Origin: Candidatus Woesearchaeota archaeon
Lineage (GTDB): Archaea > Nanobdellota > Nanobdellia > SCGC-AAA011-G17 > PNOQ01
Length of the DNA stretch: 64,000 nucleotides
Direction: 5' to 3'
NCBI GenBank assembly: GCA_964603065.1
Contig: CAZRTL010000005.1
Location: 4,700-68,699 of the forward strand
This document shows positions 10,199 to 20,048 of the stretch, in pieces (position 1 is the first letter of the stretch; every line of letters begins with the position of its first letter). The notes under the pieces are model-generated. The model searched no databases. It saw only the letters and a list, made by a program, of their open reading frames with translations, and was not told the DNA's origin. The translations under genes and the position numbers were made by a program.

Positions 10199-10417
10199 AT
10201 GGCAACAACAATACAGGTCAGTCAAGAACTAAAAGATAAGTTATCCTTTCGAAAAGCATCTGAAAAAGATAGTTATGAAGAGGTCATTTGGGATTTATTA
10301 GAAGATACAATGGAATTAAACGACCAAACAAAAAAAGAAATTGAGATTGCAAGGAAAGAATTTAAACAAGGTAAATTTGTAACACACTCTCAATTAAAAA
10401 AAGAATTGGGATTATAA
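10199..10417 (+). CDS. putative antitoxin (small RHH/Phd-like partner of RelE)
   Basis: 72-aa ORF directly abutting the RelE/ParE gene (stop/start adjacent). Confidence 0.45.
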   Translation: MATTIQVSQELKDKLSFRKASEKDSYEEVIWDLLEDTMELNDQTKKEIEIARKEFKQGKFVTHSQLKKELGL

Positions 10418-10666
10418 ATGTATGAAATAAATTACTCTAATTCTGCAAGAAAATTTCTTAAAAAATTACCAAAAGAGAAACAAAAACATATTTTATCAGT
10501 TTTAGAAAGGTCAAGGATACGACCAGAATCTCACTTTGAACGATTAGTGGGTGAAAAAATTTATAAAATAAGAGCAGGAGATTACAGAATAATTGCAGAT
10601 ATTTACAATCAAAAAATGCTAATTTTAGTAATAAAAATAGGTCACAGGAAAAATATATACAAATAA
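10418..10666 (+). CDS. relE: RelE/ParE-family type II toxin
   Basis: IYKIRAGDYRIIADIYNQKMLILVIKIGHRKNIY is the typical RelE/ParE C-terminal consensus. Confidence 0.75.
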   Translation: MYEINYSNSARKFLKKLPKEKQKHILSVLERSRIRPESHFERLVGEKIYKIRAGDYRIIADIYNQKMLILVIKIGHRKNIYK

Positions 10667-10704
10667 TAATATAAATTGATAAAATGACTAATATAAAAGA
10701 AATA

Positions 10705-11379
10705 TCAAGAAATAACCGTTCCAATAAACTTTTTACCGCTCAAAACTTTCTTTAAATTACTCAAATTAGAACTAACAATAAAAGTCTTAATTTTATCCTT
10801 CTTAATCAATTTGGCAGAAACCTGATCCAAAACAAAATGTTGTCCGGCTTTATATTTAATTTTATTCGCCCTTCTCAAAAATTCATCAAAAGAAATCTCA
10901 GGAATGAACTTAGCATTCTTATTAGTAACAGGATTTTTATCATATAAACCTTTAACATTAGTAATATTAACAAAAAAATCGGCTTTCATAGCTTTAGCAA
11001 CCTCGGCCGCATTAGCATCCGAAGTCATTCCCATTCTCATCCCCAAAGCTCCACAAATAACTAAATTATTCTTCCTTAAGGCCTTTTTAACTTCATCTAA
11101 AGTTTCAGGTAATTTTTCATCAACATTAAATACTCTCCTAACAAGTCGAGCATTCATTCTAGTAGCTGCAATACCAATCAAACCATAGGCCCGATCTCCA
11201 GCTTTCAACTTAACTAAGGGAGCTATATATTTTCTAGCAGTATTCCCTCCACCTGTCAAAACTACAACTTTATTCTTCTTAGAAAATTTTTTAATCAATT
11301 TACTAAAATTCTTCAAATACTTATAATCGACATTATCAGGAATAATAACAGAACCACCTAAACTAATCACGACTTTCAT
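10705..11379 (-). CDS. pyrH: UMP kinase (archaeal amino-acid-kinase family)
   Basis: VVISLGGSV...VLTGGGNTARKYI...VNITNVKGLYDKNP. Confidence 0.7.
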   Translation of the reverse strand: MKVVISLGGSVIIPDNVDYKYLKNFSKLIKKFSKKNKVVVLTGGGNTARKYIAPLVKLKAGDRAYGLIGIAATRMNARLVRRVFNVDEKLPETLDEVKKALRKNNLVICGALGMRMGMTSDANAAEVAKAMKADFFVNITNVKGLYDKNPVTNKNAKFIPEISFDEFLRRANKIKYKAGQHFVLDQVSAKLIKKDKIKTFIVSSNLSNLKKVLSGKKFIGTVIS

Positions 11380-11415
11380 TAATTAAATCATGAAAATTCC
11401 AATATTTAAAGCTTT

Positions 11416-11607
11416 TCAACCAATGTAATGACTTTGTGCAGCAATATACATTTTACCTTTTGACTCAGCAGTTCTTTTCAAAGCTTTTATTGTACTTTCA
11501 CTCAAAAAAGGAAGCTCATCTATATTGGTTTCAATTTTTTTCAAAAGAGTGCCGCTCTTAGGTTCATAACCAATCTTAACAACACTTCCCTCTAAACTTT
11601 TATCCAT
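11416..11607 (-). CDS. hypothetical small protein
   Basis: ORF only. Confidence 0.2.
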   Translation of the reverse strand: MDKSLEGSVVKIGYEPKSGTLLKKIETNIDELPFLSESTIKALKRTAESKGKMYIAAQSHYIG

Positions 11608-11669
11608 AGTCAGAAAAAAAATATTGAAGTATATAAATGTTTTTAAATTAAATAGAATTCCTCATTCTA

Positions 11670-12665
11670 ATGATTATAGGAATAACTGGCTATTACAGCT
11701 CTGGAAAGGATTCTGTAGCAGAATATTTAGTTAAAAGGAGTTTCATCCATTACTCTTTGTCCAACGAAATACGTGAAGAATCCAAAAAAAGAAAAATAAA
11801 AATTACAAGAGAAAATTTAATCAAACTGGGAAATGAATTAAGAAAAAAAGAAGGTCCAAATGTCCTAGCAAAAAGAGCCATAAAAAAAATAGACACGGCA
11901 AGACACCATGTAGTGACCTCAATTAGAAATAAAAATGAAGTTCTAGCTCTAAAAGAATTAGATGACTTCCTCTTGGTTTACGTTAGGGCACCTATAGAAA
12001 AAAGATTTGAAAGATTAAAATCAAGAAATAGGGAAGAAGATCCAAAAAGCATAGAAGAATTAAAGCAAAAAGAATTACAGGAACAATCTAAAGATATAGA
12101 ACAACAACAATTACATCTAGCAGTGAAAATGGCAGATGTTACAATAAATAATGATGGATCAATAGAAGATTTACAAAAAAAGCTAGAAAAATTTTTACAA
12201 GATTGGTGGCCAAAATTATGTAAGGGAAGACCAAATTGGGATGGATATTTTATGAACATTGCTCATGAAGTAGCAAAACGTTCCAATTGCATGAAGCGTC
12301 ACACCGCTGCCATAATAGTAAAGGACAAAAGAATTATATCCACTGGGTATAATGGAACTCCGAAAGGATTAAAAAATTGTAATGAAGGTGGATGTGAAAG
12401 ATGCAATTCTTTTGAACTAACCGGAGAAAGATTAAGAGAATGTATTTGTTCACACGCTGAAGAAAATTCAATAGTTCAAGCAGCATATCATGGAATAAGT
12501 ATAAAAAATTCAACATTGTACACAACTCAATCTCCATGTACCTCTTGCGCAAAAATGATAATAAATTCTGGGATAACTGAAGTAATCTGTAACGACCAAT
12601 ATCCAATGGATAAGGGTGCTGGAAAATTATTGAAAAAATCTCACGTGAAATTTAGATTTCTCTAA
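11670..12665 (+). CDS. fusion: P-loop (d)NMP/dephospho-CoA-kinase-like domain + dCMP/cytidine deaminase domain
   Basis: N-terminal IGITGYYSSGKDS Walker A; C-terminal CICSHAEENSI...SPCTSCAKMIINSGI zinc-deaminase signature (H-A-E...PC..C). Confidence 0.75.
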   Translation: MIIGITGYYSSGKDSVAEYLVKRSFIHYSLSNEIREESKKRKIKITRENLIKLGNELRKKEGPNVLAKRAIKKIDTARHHVVTSIRNKNEVLALKELDDFLLVYVRAPIEKRFERLKSRNREEDPKSIEELKQKELQEQSKDIEQQQLHLAVKMADVTINNDGSIEDLQKKLEKFLQDWWPKLCKGRPNWDGYFMNIAHEVAKRSNCMKRHTAAIIVKDKRIISTGYNGTPKGLKNCNEGGCERCNSFELTGERLRECICSHAEENSIVQAAYHGISIKNSTLYTTQSPCTSCAKMIINSGITEVICNDQYPMDKGAGKLLKKSHVKFRFL

Positions 12666-13567
12666 ATCTTAAACTTCCTTCTTTTCTTATTATTTTTATT
12701 ACTCTTTCTCTTTCTATAAATAAAAAATCCTGCAACCAAAACTATTAAACCCCCAATAATATAAATATTAGTTCTATCGGGACCCATATTCTCTATAGAA
12801 TCAATAAAATAACTAGGATCATAAACTACTGTTTTCCCTATTGTCCTTCTTTCATTAGTAGAATCAGTATAATACAAAATTAAATTTATCTTTCCTTCTG
12901 AAGGAATAGCCTCAAAGTCTGCAGTAGTGTATTCATTTGAATCTAAATCTCCAACAATATTTCTATTTGAACCCTTAACAACAATACTATCTTGAGGAGG
13001 AATCTCCAAAGTCAAAGCTTCAATATCTTGATTTCCTGTATTCAAAACTTGAAAAACTAAATTTCTATCTTCAATTTTATGTTCATCAATATGAACTTCA
13101 AAATCAGTTCTTCCATCTTCTATAGTTATATTAAATCTTTTAACATAATAACCATCCATATTAAATCCTATCCCTCGCCCCACATATCTTAATTCTATTT
13201 CATATTCTCCCTCTATAGCATCCGGATCTATTCTAAGTTTATAAGGAATATTCCAGTTAGAATTATAACCATAGCCAGCATAAGTATTTGATTTCATAAG
13301 CCTAAAAGAATCTTCTTCATCCAAAGAAAAAGGATAATCTAAAACTAAATTAGCAATAGCCCCATTATCGCAACTTCCAAGTCCTCTTACTTGAAAAACA
13401 ATTTCAACATAATCTCCAACAATAGCAGGCTCCGGATCCTGATTTACAATATCTGCATCTAAACCACAAGTAGCCCTTTCCTCAGCAGACACATAGCTAA
13501 CTGCAAATACACTAAAAAATAGAGCGAAAACAATTCCTAATATCACAAACTTTTTCCCCATAATCAT
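12662..13567 (-). CDS. secreted protein with a C-terminal TM anchor and basic tail
   Basis: N-terminal signal peptide, C-terminal TM plus RKRKSNKNNKKRRKFKI. Confidence 0.45.
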   Translation of the reverse strand: MIMGKKFVILGIVFALFFSVFAVSYVSAEERATCGLDADIVNQDPEPAIVGDYVEIVFQVRGLGSCDNGAIANLVLDYPFSLDEEDSFRLMKSNTYAGYGYNSNWNIPYKLRIDPDAIEGEYEIELRYVGRGIGFNMDGYYVKRFNITIEDGRTDFEVHIDEHKIEDRNLVFQVLNTGNQDIEALTLEIPPQDSIVVKGSNRNIVGDLDSNEYTTADFEAIPSEGKINLILYYTDSTNERRTIGKTVVYDPSYFIDSIENMGPDRTNIYIIGGLIVLVAGFFIYRKRKSNKNNKKRRKFKI

Positions 13568-13592
13568 TTTTTAATTTATCCATATATAAATC

Positions 13593-14801
13593 TTACTCCT
13601 TTCTCAATGCATCCACAGGATTTATTCTTGCGGCCCTCAAAGCAGGTAAAGTCCCCGAAATAGCTCCAGTAACAACCGCAAACAATATTAATCCAATAAA
13701 TAAATAAACTGAAAAATAAGGTTGTAAAAAACTCCAACCAAGATTTTTCAAAATTGCTCCCCCAATACTTGATATGCCCCAACCTAAGGCACAACCAAGA
13801 ACTCCAGCAATAAAACCCAAAAATGAACTCTCAAATAAAAATATGTCAAATATTTCTCTATTCCTAGCTCCGACTGCTTTCAAAATACCTATTTCTTTAT
13901 ATCTTTCCAAAACTGAAGTTATCATAGTATTAGCAGTATTTATAGTAGAAACTAAAACAGAAATAAGTGCTATTAAAATAACAAAGCCTATAACAATGTT
14001 CAGGGCGCTAGAAAAGGATTCGATTAAATCATTAAACGATTGTACAGTAAAATCTTCCTTACCTTTTTCAACATCTCTAGATCTTCTCAAATTTTTTTCT
14101 ATATCTTCAACTACTCTATCAATATTTTCTATTTCAACTCTAGCAAATAATTGCATATAAGAATTTTCATCTGGATTCATTTCCAAAAATTGATCATTAG
14201 TTACATATATTTGGGAATCATCTTGGGGATTTCCTATTTCCTCCAGAAAACCAATAATCCTTAAATTTTCACCATTAACTTCTATATTATCATTTAATCT
14301 AAATGACTTACTAAATATTTTATCGGGAATAAGGTAATTATAACCTAAAAGAGCTTTACCTGTATCTCCAGATTTTAAAGTTCTGCCTTCTATGGCTTTA
14401 ACATTAAACGAGTCTAAAATCATATCTCTCTTGGGATCATATGAAATCATAAAAATATATTTCAATTCTTTATTCTGTTTAATCTCGACTGCATCATAAT
14501 ACAACCCCGTTACTTCGTATACTCCCGGGATTCTGTCTATCACATCTATGTCCAATTCATTTAAAACTATTGTATTGGCCAAATCAATTATTCCTCCTGC
14601 AGATTTAGGCATGATTAGAACTTTATCAGCAGATGAAGATGAAGATAAGTCATCAATATAATTATACAATCCAGATCCAAAACTTACAAAAATAAATATC
14701 GTCGCAATTCCAACTAAAATCGAAAAAATTGTTAAAAAACTTCGACCTTTATTTTTTTTCAAATTCTTCAAAGAATATTTTACGCCTTCTTTACTTATCA
14801 T
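13593..14801 (-). CDS. ABC transporter permease, FtsX/MacB-like
   Basis: N-terminal TM, large extracytoplasmic domain, C-terminal 3-TM FtsX-type block (ILKAVGARN). Confidence 0.75.
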   Translation of the reverse strand: MISKEGVKYSLKNLKKNKGRSFLTIFSILVGIATIFIFVSFGSGLYNYIDDLSSSSSADKVLIMPKSAGGIIDLANTIVLNELDIDVIDRIPGVYEVTGLYYDAVEIKQNKELKYIFMISYDPKRDMILDSFNVKAIEGRTLKSGDTGKALLGYNYLIPDKIFSKSFRLNDNIEVNGENLRIIGFLEEIGNPQDDSQIYVTNDQFLEMNPDENSYMQLFARVEIENIDRVVEDIEKNLRRSRDVEKGKEDFTVQSFNDLIESFSSALNIVIGFVILIALISVLVSTINTANTMITSVLERYKEIGILKAVGARNREIFDIFLFESSFLGFIAGVLGCALGWGISSIGGAILKNLGWSFLQPYFSVYLFIGLILFAVVTGAISGTLPALRAARINPVDALRKE

Positions 14802-16021
14802 CCTCTTAGGGCCTCCACTGGATTCTCTTTTGCAGCCTTCATAGCAGGGATTATTCCAGCTATTCCTCCTATCAAAAAACTACCAATTAAAGAAAATAAA
14901 ATTAAAAGAAAATCTATATTCAAAGATAAATCTGTTCCAATAAGATTGTTTATACTTATTATCCCAATTGCTCCAATAATTGTTCCAAACAGTGCTCCTA
15001 TAGCACCCCCTACTAGGCCAAGCAAACTTGATTCAATAAAAAATTGTACAAAAATATGTTTGTTTCTAGCTCCAACAGACTTTATAACCCCTATTTCTCT
15101 TCTTCTTTCGGTAACTGAAGTTATCATTGTATTTATTATTCCAATTCCTCCAATAAAAATAGAAATCGAGGCCACAATTACAATAAATATTCGAACTCCA
15201 TCAAGTACATCATTAACTGTAGACAATAGTGCTTCAGGAGTACTCACTTCAAAATTCTCTTCACCTTTATCAACATCTCTCCTTTGTCTCAAAAGATTTT
15301 CAATATCAAGTTTAGTCTCATCAATTTCCTCCTTATCCTTTGGCCTAACAATAATTACATCCGCGATTTGCCCAAAATTAAATATATCATCCATATCACT
15401 TTCTAACATGAGAACAACATTATCCATAATCAAGCTTCCTTTCTTTTCCATAATCCCCTTGACTTCAAATTTTTCACCTTCAATTAAAACTGACTTGCCA
15501 ACTGTTATTGATTTTCCTCCCCACTCCTCACTTTTAGCATAAAAATTATATCCCAAAACCACTTTTCCAGAATCAGATTCTTTTAGCATTTTTCCATACA
15601 ATGCTTTTTGATTTAATTGAGTATAAACTAAATCTAGATCTTCTTTATTCTGGGCCATACTTCCAACATATCTAAATTGAACATTATCATTAAATTCTAC
15701 TTGTCCCGATTTTATGTTTCTCACAACAGTATTCTCAACACTGCTTAGCTTTTCAATTGCATCCGCATCACTCCTAGTAACGGGGTCCACAACCGCACTC
15801 CCGGGAGGGCCAAATCCAGATATTCCTCCTGCCTGTACAGTTATCAACTCGTTAGCACTTACTCCAAACTGGTTAGCTACAGCCAATTGTAAACCATTAC
15901 CTAAAGAAATCAAAGAAACAACGGCAGTAACCCCTATAAATATTCCTAATAGAGTTAACCAAGATCTAATACCTCTTTTTTTTAGATTTTTAAAAGCTAA
16001 ATTAAAAAAATCTTTAATCAT
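14798..16021 (-). CDS. ABC transporter permease, FtsX/MacB-like (paralog)
   Basis: Same architecture (IKSVGARN); 4-nt overlap with the downstream permease. Confidence 0.75.
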   Translation of the reverse strand: MIKDFFNLAFKNLKKRGIRSWLTLLGIFIGVTAVVSLISLGNGLQLAVANQFGVSANELITVQAGGISGFGPPGSAVVDPVTRSDADAIEKLSSVENTVVRNIKSGQVEFNDNVQFRYVGSMAQNKEDLDLVYTQLNQKALYGKMLKESDSGKVVLGYNFYAKSEEWGGKSITVGKSVLIEGEKFEVKGIMEKKGSLIMDNVVLMLESDMDDIFNFGQIADVIIVRPKDKEEIDETKLDIENLLRQRRDVDKGEENFEVSTPEALLSTVNDVLDGVRIFIVIVASISIFIGGIGIINTMITSVTERRREIGVIKSVGARNKHIFVQFFIESSLLGLVGGAIGALFGTIIGAIGIISINNLIGTDLSLNIDFLLILFSLIGSFLIGGIAGIIPAMKAAKENPVEALRG

Positions 16022-16022
16022 C

Positions 16023-16739
16023 CTAACGTTTTCTCCGCTTCATCGCTTTTTTGGTTATTTTCTCAATCCTTCCATCTTTTAACCAATAAACAATATCTGC
16101 ATATCCTCTTGCTAAATCAGAATCATGTGTAACCATAACAATTGTCTTACCATTTTTATTTAATCTTTGTAAAAAATCCATAACCGTTTCTCCAGTTTTA
16201 GTATCTAAATTTCCAGTAGGTTCATCTGCCAAAACCACTTCTGGAGAATTCGCTAAGGATCTAGCAATTGCAACTCTCTGTTGTTGACCCCCTGATAACT
16301 CCCCTGGAGAATGATGCATTCTGTCTCTCAAATCAACTAATTGCATTAATTTATTCGCTCTAAAACTTCTCTCACCAGAATCATATCCTTGAAAAATCAT
16401 AGGGATCATAACATTTTCCTTGGCAGTCAGATTATTAACTAAATTAAAAGATTGAAAAATAAATCCTATTTTTTGCCCTCTAAGCTGAGCCAAATCAGAT
16501 TCACTAAAAGTAGATATATCCTCACCATCTAAAAATATTCTTCCCTTAGTAGGAACATCTAAACTACCTATCAAATTCATCATAGTACTTTTGCCAGAAC
16601 CTGAAGGGCCCATTATAGCAATAAATTCTCCTTCTCTAATTTTTAAAGAAACTCCATCCACTGCCCTAACAATACTATTCCCCATATGAAAATACTTATG
16701 GACATTGTGTAACTCAATAATCACCTTTTTTTCATCCAT
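16023..16739 (-). CDS. ABC transporter ATP-binding protein (MacB/LolD type)
   Basis: GPSGSGKST Walker A, LSGGQQQRVAIAR signature, ILLADEPT Walker B. Confidence 0.9.
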   Translation of the reverse strand: MDEKKVIIELHNVHKYFHMGNSIVRAVDGVSLKIREGEFIAIMGPSGSGKSTMMNLIGSLDVPTKGRIFLDGEDISTFSESDLAQLRGQKIGFIFQSFNLVNNLTAKENVMIPMIFQGYDSGERSFRANKLMQLVDLRDRMHHSPGELSGGQQQRVAIARSLANSPEVVLADEPTGNLDTKTGETVMDFLQRLNKNGKTIVMVTHDSDLARGYADIVYWLKDGRIEKITKKAMKRRKR

Positions 16740-16780
16740 AAAATATATTTAAAAAAAGAGATATATAAATCTAACTCAAA

Positions 16781-17059
16781 TCATTTATCATCAACTGTAA
16801 ACAGTCTAGAATCATGAACATCGAATATCTTTGCTCTTGCTCCAGCATCTAACCAACCATGGGCGTAATTTAAGGCTGCAAAGGCATTAACTAAATCTCC
16901 CTTCTCAAAAAAATGTCTTGCATCAGAAATATATCTAGAAATCATATCTAAAAAATCCTCCCCCAATTTCTTATCAGCAATGTTCTCCTTAGCCATTTCA
17001 TAAGCTTCTTCTGAGACTGAAAAATATTTTTCAACTTTTTCTTTAGTGATTTCCTTCAT
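16781..17059 (-). CDS. hypothetical protein; the track ORF extends to 17230, but internal Met 17059 avoids overlap with the opposite gene
   Basis: ORF; the longer start overlaps the ThyX-like gene by 106 nt. Confidence 0.3.
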   Translation of the reverse strand: MKEITKEKVEKYFSVSEEAYEMAKENIADKKLGEDFLDMISRYISDARHFFEKGDLVNAFAALNYAHGWLDAGARAKIFDVHDSRLFTVDDK

Positions 17060-17124
17060 ATATATCAAAAAATATACATCGCTTATAAATATATCTATAT
17101 AAATAAATTTAGATTCCCACGTTA

Positions 17125-18708
17125 ATGGAAACTCCATTTCTATCACCCGAACCAACAGTAAAATTACTCCATGCGCTTTCTTATAATCCCCAAAGTAATA
17201 CTCGTGCGGCTGCAAAAACTTGTTATTCACCCAAATTACTCACGGAAGAAGGATTTCAAAAAAGATTAGAAAATGCAAATGAGCAGGAAAGAATAATTCT
17301 ACTTGAAGATATGGACAGATTAATCAACGATTTATATGATTCTGGCCACCATACAACTCTCGAACATAATGTTTTCCAATTTGCATTAACTCAGACTTCA
17401 AGGGCAGCAATTCATTCATTTTTACATTCTCACCCATTTTACAACTCGGAACAACAAAGCCAAAGGTTTGCTCCAATAGACACAGAATCTTTTACAATCC
17501 CAAATATGTCTGAAAAAAACTTAGGAATATACCAAGGGACTTTAGATCTACAAATAGAAACATTTGAAAGATTACAAGATATTTTATTTTCTGGGGCAAA
17601 AGATGCATATCAAAAAATCTTCAAAAAGAGAGATCCAGAAAAACATAAAAAAGATATTGCAAAAAAGGCCCAAGAGATAGCAAGATATGTTCTTCCCATA
17701 GCAATGCATTCAAAATTGCATCACACAATAAACGAAATGACTCTCTTAAGAATGCATAGATTATCTCAACAACCAGATTTCCCACTAGAACAAAAACTAA
17801 TAGTCGAAGGAATGATGTCTGCATTAGAAGAAAACCAAATAGAACTAGGATCTATAGTGGAAGATTCGATAAATGAAACGGATATGCTAGAATATTCTCT
17901 AAGGGAATTACATAGGGGCCAAGTTTCAACAGAAGAATTTTTCAGAGAATTTGATAATTCCTTAAATGGAAGAAGATCTATTCTAGATGGCCATTATACA
18001 AATTCAGAATCCCTTTTAGCAAATACTGTAAGAGGAATAGTAGGAATTCCAACAAATGAACTGTCTGATGAAAAAGCAATAGCTTTGGTCTTAGATTCAA
18101 ATAATAATTCTTACCTATCAGAAAAAATGAATTTAAACTACCATTCTAAGATAATGAAAGCCTTACTCACAATTAATTATACTTTCAAAAAGAAATTAAG
18201 TCACACAGCAGACTCACAAAGCCAAAGACATAGAACGATGCCCGGAGCATACCCCATTTTAGGCCTAAACATAGGGGAAGAACCTGATGTAGTCATTCCT
18301 TCCCTAATAGAATCGAACCAAGAAGCTCTTGACTTATTTATGGAAACAAATCAAGAAACATGGAAAAATATTCAAAAACTAACAGAAAACGGAGTTCCAA
18401 CAGAACAAGTACTTTATTTATTACCAAATGCAAAAGCAATAAGAAAATGGGAATCTGGTTCATTAGTGGGGCTATTACATAAACAAAACAAAAGATTATG
18501 TTATAATTCACAAGAAGAAATTTGGAGAATCGCTCAAGATGAAGCCAACGCAATAAAAAAAGTACATCCAGAAATCGGAAAATATTTCGGAGCACCATGC
18601 GATTTAAGGTCTGTTGGAAATGTAAAACCTTATTGCTCAGAAGGACCAAGATTTTGTGGAGTACCGGTATGGAAAATACCTGAAGAAGAAAGAGAAAGAG
18701 TGATATAA
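17125..18708 (+). CDS. ThyX (Thy1)-homologous protein, 527 aa, divergent motifs
   Basis: GHHTTLEHNVFQF...SRAAIHSFLHSHPFYNSEQQSQRF aligns to the ThyX HETPFEH...RQWFRHRIASYNELSGRY region; a second SQSQRHR stretch follows later. Confidence 0.5.
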   Translation: METPFLSPEPTVKLLHALSYNPQSNTRAAAKTCYSPKLLTEEGFQKRLENANEQERIILLEDMDRLINDLYDSGHHTTLEHNVFQFALTQTSRAAIHSFLHSHPFYNSEQQSQRFAPIDTESFTIPNMSEKNLGIYQGTLDLQIETFERLQDILFSGAKDAYQKIFKKRDPEKHKKDIAKKAQEIARYVLPIAMHSKLHHTINEMTLLRMHRLSQQPDFPLEQKLIVEGMMSALEENQIELGSIVEDSINETDMLEYSLRELHRGQVSTEEFFREFDNSLNGRRSILDGHYTNSESLLANTVRGIVGIPTNELSDEKAIALVLDSNNNSYLSEKMNLNYHSKIMKALLTINYTFKKKLSHTADSQSQRHRTMPGAYPILGLNIGEEPDVVIPSLIESNQEALDLFMETNQETWKNIQKLTENGVPTEQVLYLLPNAKAIRKWESGSLVGLLHKQNKRLCYNSQEEIWRIAQDEANAIKKVHPEIGKYFGAPCDLRSVGNVKPYCSEGPRFCGVPVWKIPEEERERVI

Positions 18709-18709
18709 A

Positions 18710-19327
18710 ATGTCAAAATTTATAGTATTTGAAGGAATAGATGGATCAGGAAAAACAACGCAGATGCTCAAAACCATCGATTTGTTAAAAGATCACAAAA
18801 CATTATTCGTTACAAAAGAACCTTCTACACTAAAAACTGGAAAATATATTAAAAAACTACTAAAGGAAGACCAAGATCCAAAAGCAAACGCAGAAAAATA
18901 TGTAAAATTATACACTAAAGATAGAGCAGAACACAACAAAATAATTCTTAAACAGTTAAATCAAAACCATACTGTGATTTGTGATAGATATTATTACACA
19001 ACTATAGCTTATCAACAACTTCAAGGATATAATGTAAAAAAAATAATAAATCAATCTAGAAAATTTTTGGTTCCAGATTTAACATTTATAATTGATATAC
19101 CAATAAAAACCGCATTAGAAAGATTGAAAGCAAGAGGTAAAAAAACAGAAAAATTTGAAAAACAAAAATTCTTAGAAGAAGCTAGAAAATTATATCTAAA
19201 AATGCCGTACTATGGAAAAATATTGGATAGAAACTCGGATAGAAAAGAAAACATAATAATTATAGATGGCAACCACAAACCAGAAAAAGTTTTTGAACAA
19301 ATAAAAGAAGAACTGAAAAAGCTATAA
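18710..19327 (+). CDS. tmk: thymidylate kinase
   Basis: FIVFEGIDGSGKTTQ P-loop and Tmk length. Confidence 0.85.
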   Translation: MSKFIVFEGIDGSGKTTQMLKTIDLLKDHKTLFVTKEPSTLKTGKYIKKLLKEDQDPKANAEKYVKLYTKDRAEHNKIILKQLNQNHTVICDRYYYTTIAYQQLQGYNVKKIINQSRKFLVPDLTFIIDIPIKTALERLKARGKKTEKFEKQKFLEEARKLYLKMPYYGKILDRNSDRKENIIIIDGNHKPEKVFEQIKEELKKL

Positions 19328-19361
19328 AAACATTTAAAAACTAATATTTCTAAAATTAAGT

Positions 19362-20048
19362 ATGTTTATAGGTATCTACTTAGCCCTAATTTTAAGTATA
19401 TTTCACTTCGTTAGTGAAATCTTTGTCAAGTTTACAAGAAAACATATCTCAAAACTAATGAGCCTAGCAGCAGGAATTTTATTATCAATCATTTTCATAA
19501 AAATGCTTCCCGATTTTGCAAAACAAACTTTAGAAATAAATTATTTGCTCTTCATACTTCCTCTAATGGGTTTCGTGGCTTTCCATGCAATAAGAGCATA
19601 TAATTTCAAACATATCCAAACAAAAAAAGAATTAAAAGCAAGGTTCAGAAAAAATCATATTCTAGCTTTCTTTATGGAACACTTCATCATAGGTTTTACT
19701 TTAACTTTAACTTTTAAAGATCCAGTAGTTTCAGTGTTACTATTTCTCCCATTTATCTTATTAACTATATCATCATCTATTTTACTAAAAATTATAGATA
19801 AAACCTCTAAATCTGGAATGATAAAATTAATTTTAGGTTCCTCTACATTACTCGGCGCAATTGTAGGAACATTATTTTCATTTAGTCATATACTTTACAT
19901 AGGAGCATTTGGATATGTTTTAGGGTCTTTAATCTATATAGTATCTAGAGATATAATACCCATGGAAGAGAAAAAAGAAAATTTAACATTTTTTACTATA
20001 GGTTTAGTATTAACTTCAGCAGTACTTTTAATTAATGGGATAGTATAA
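19362..20048 (+). CDS. polytopic membrane protein (possibly a ZIP-like metal permease)
   Basis: About 7 predicted TM segments; weak HxxxE/G-type TM motifs. Confidence 0.35.
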   Translation: MFIGIYLALILSIFHFVSEIFVKFTRKHISKLMSLAAGILLSIIFIKMLPDFAKQTLEINYLLFILPLMGFVAFHAIRAYNFKHIQTKKELKARFRKNHILAFFMEHFIIGFTLTLTFKDPVVSVLLFLPFILLTISSSILLKIIDKTSKSGMIKLILGSSTLLGAIVGTLFSFSHILYIGAFGYVLGSLIYIVSRDIIPMEEKKENLTFFTIGLVLTSAVLLINGIV

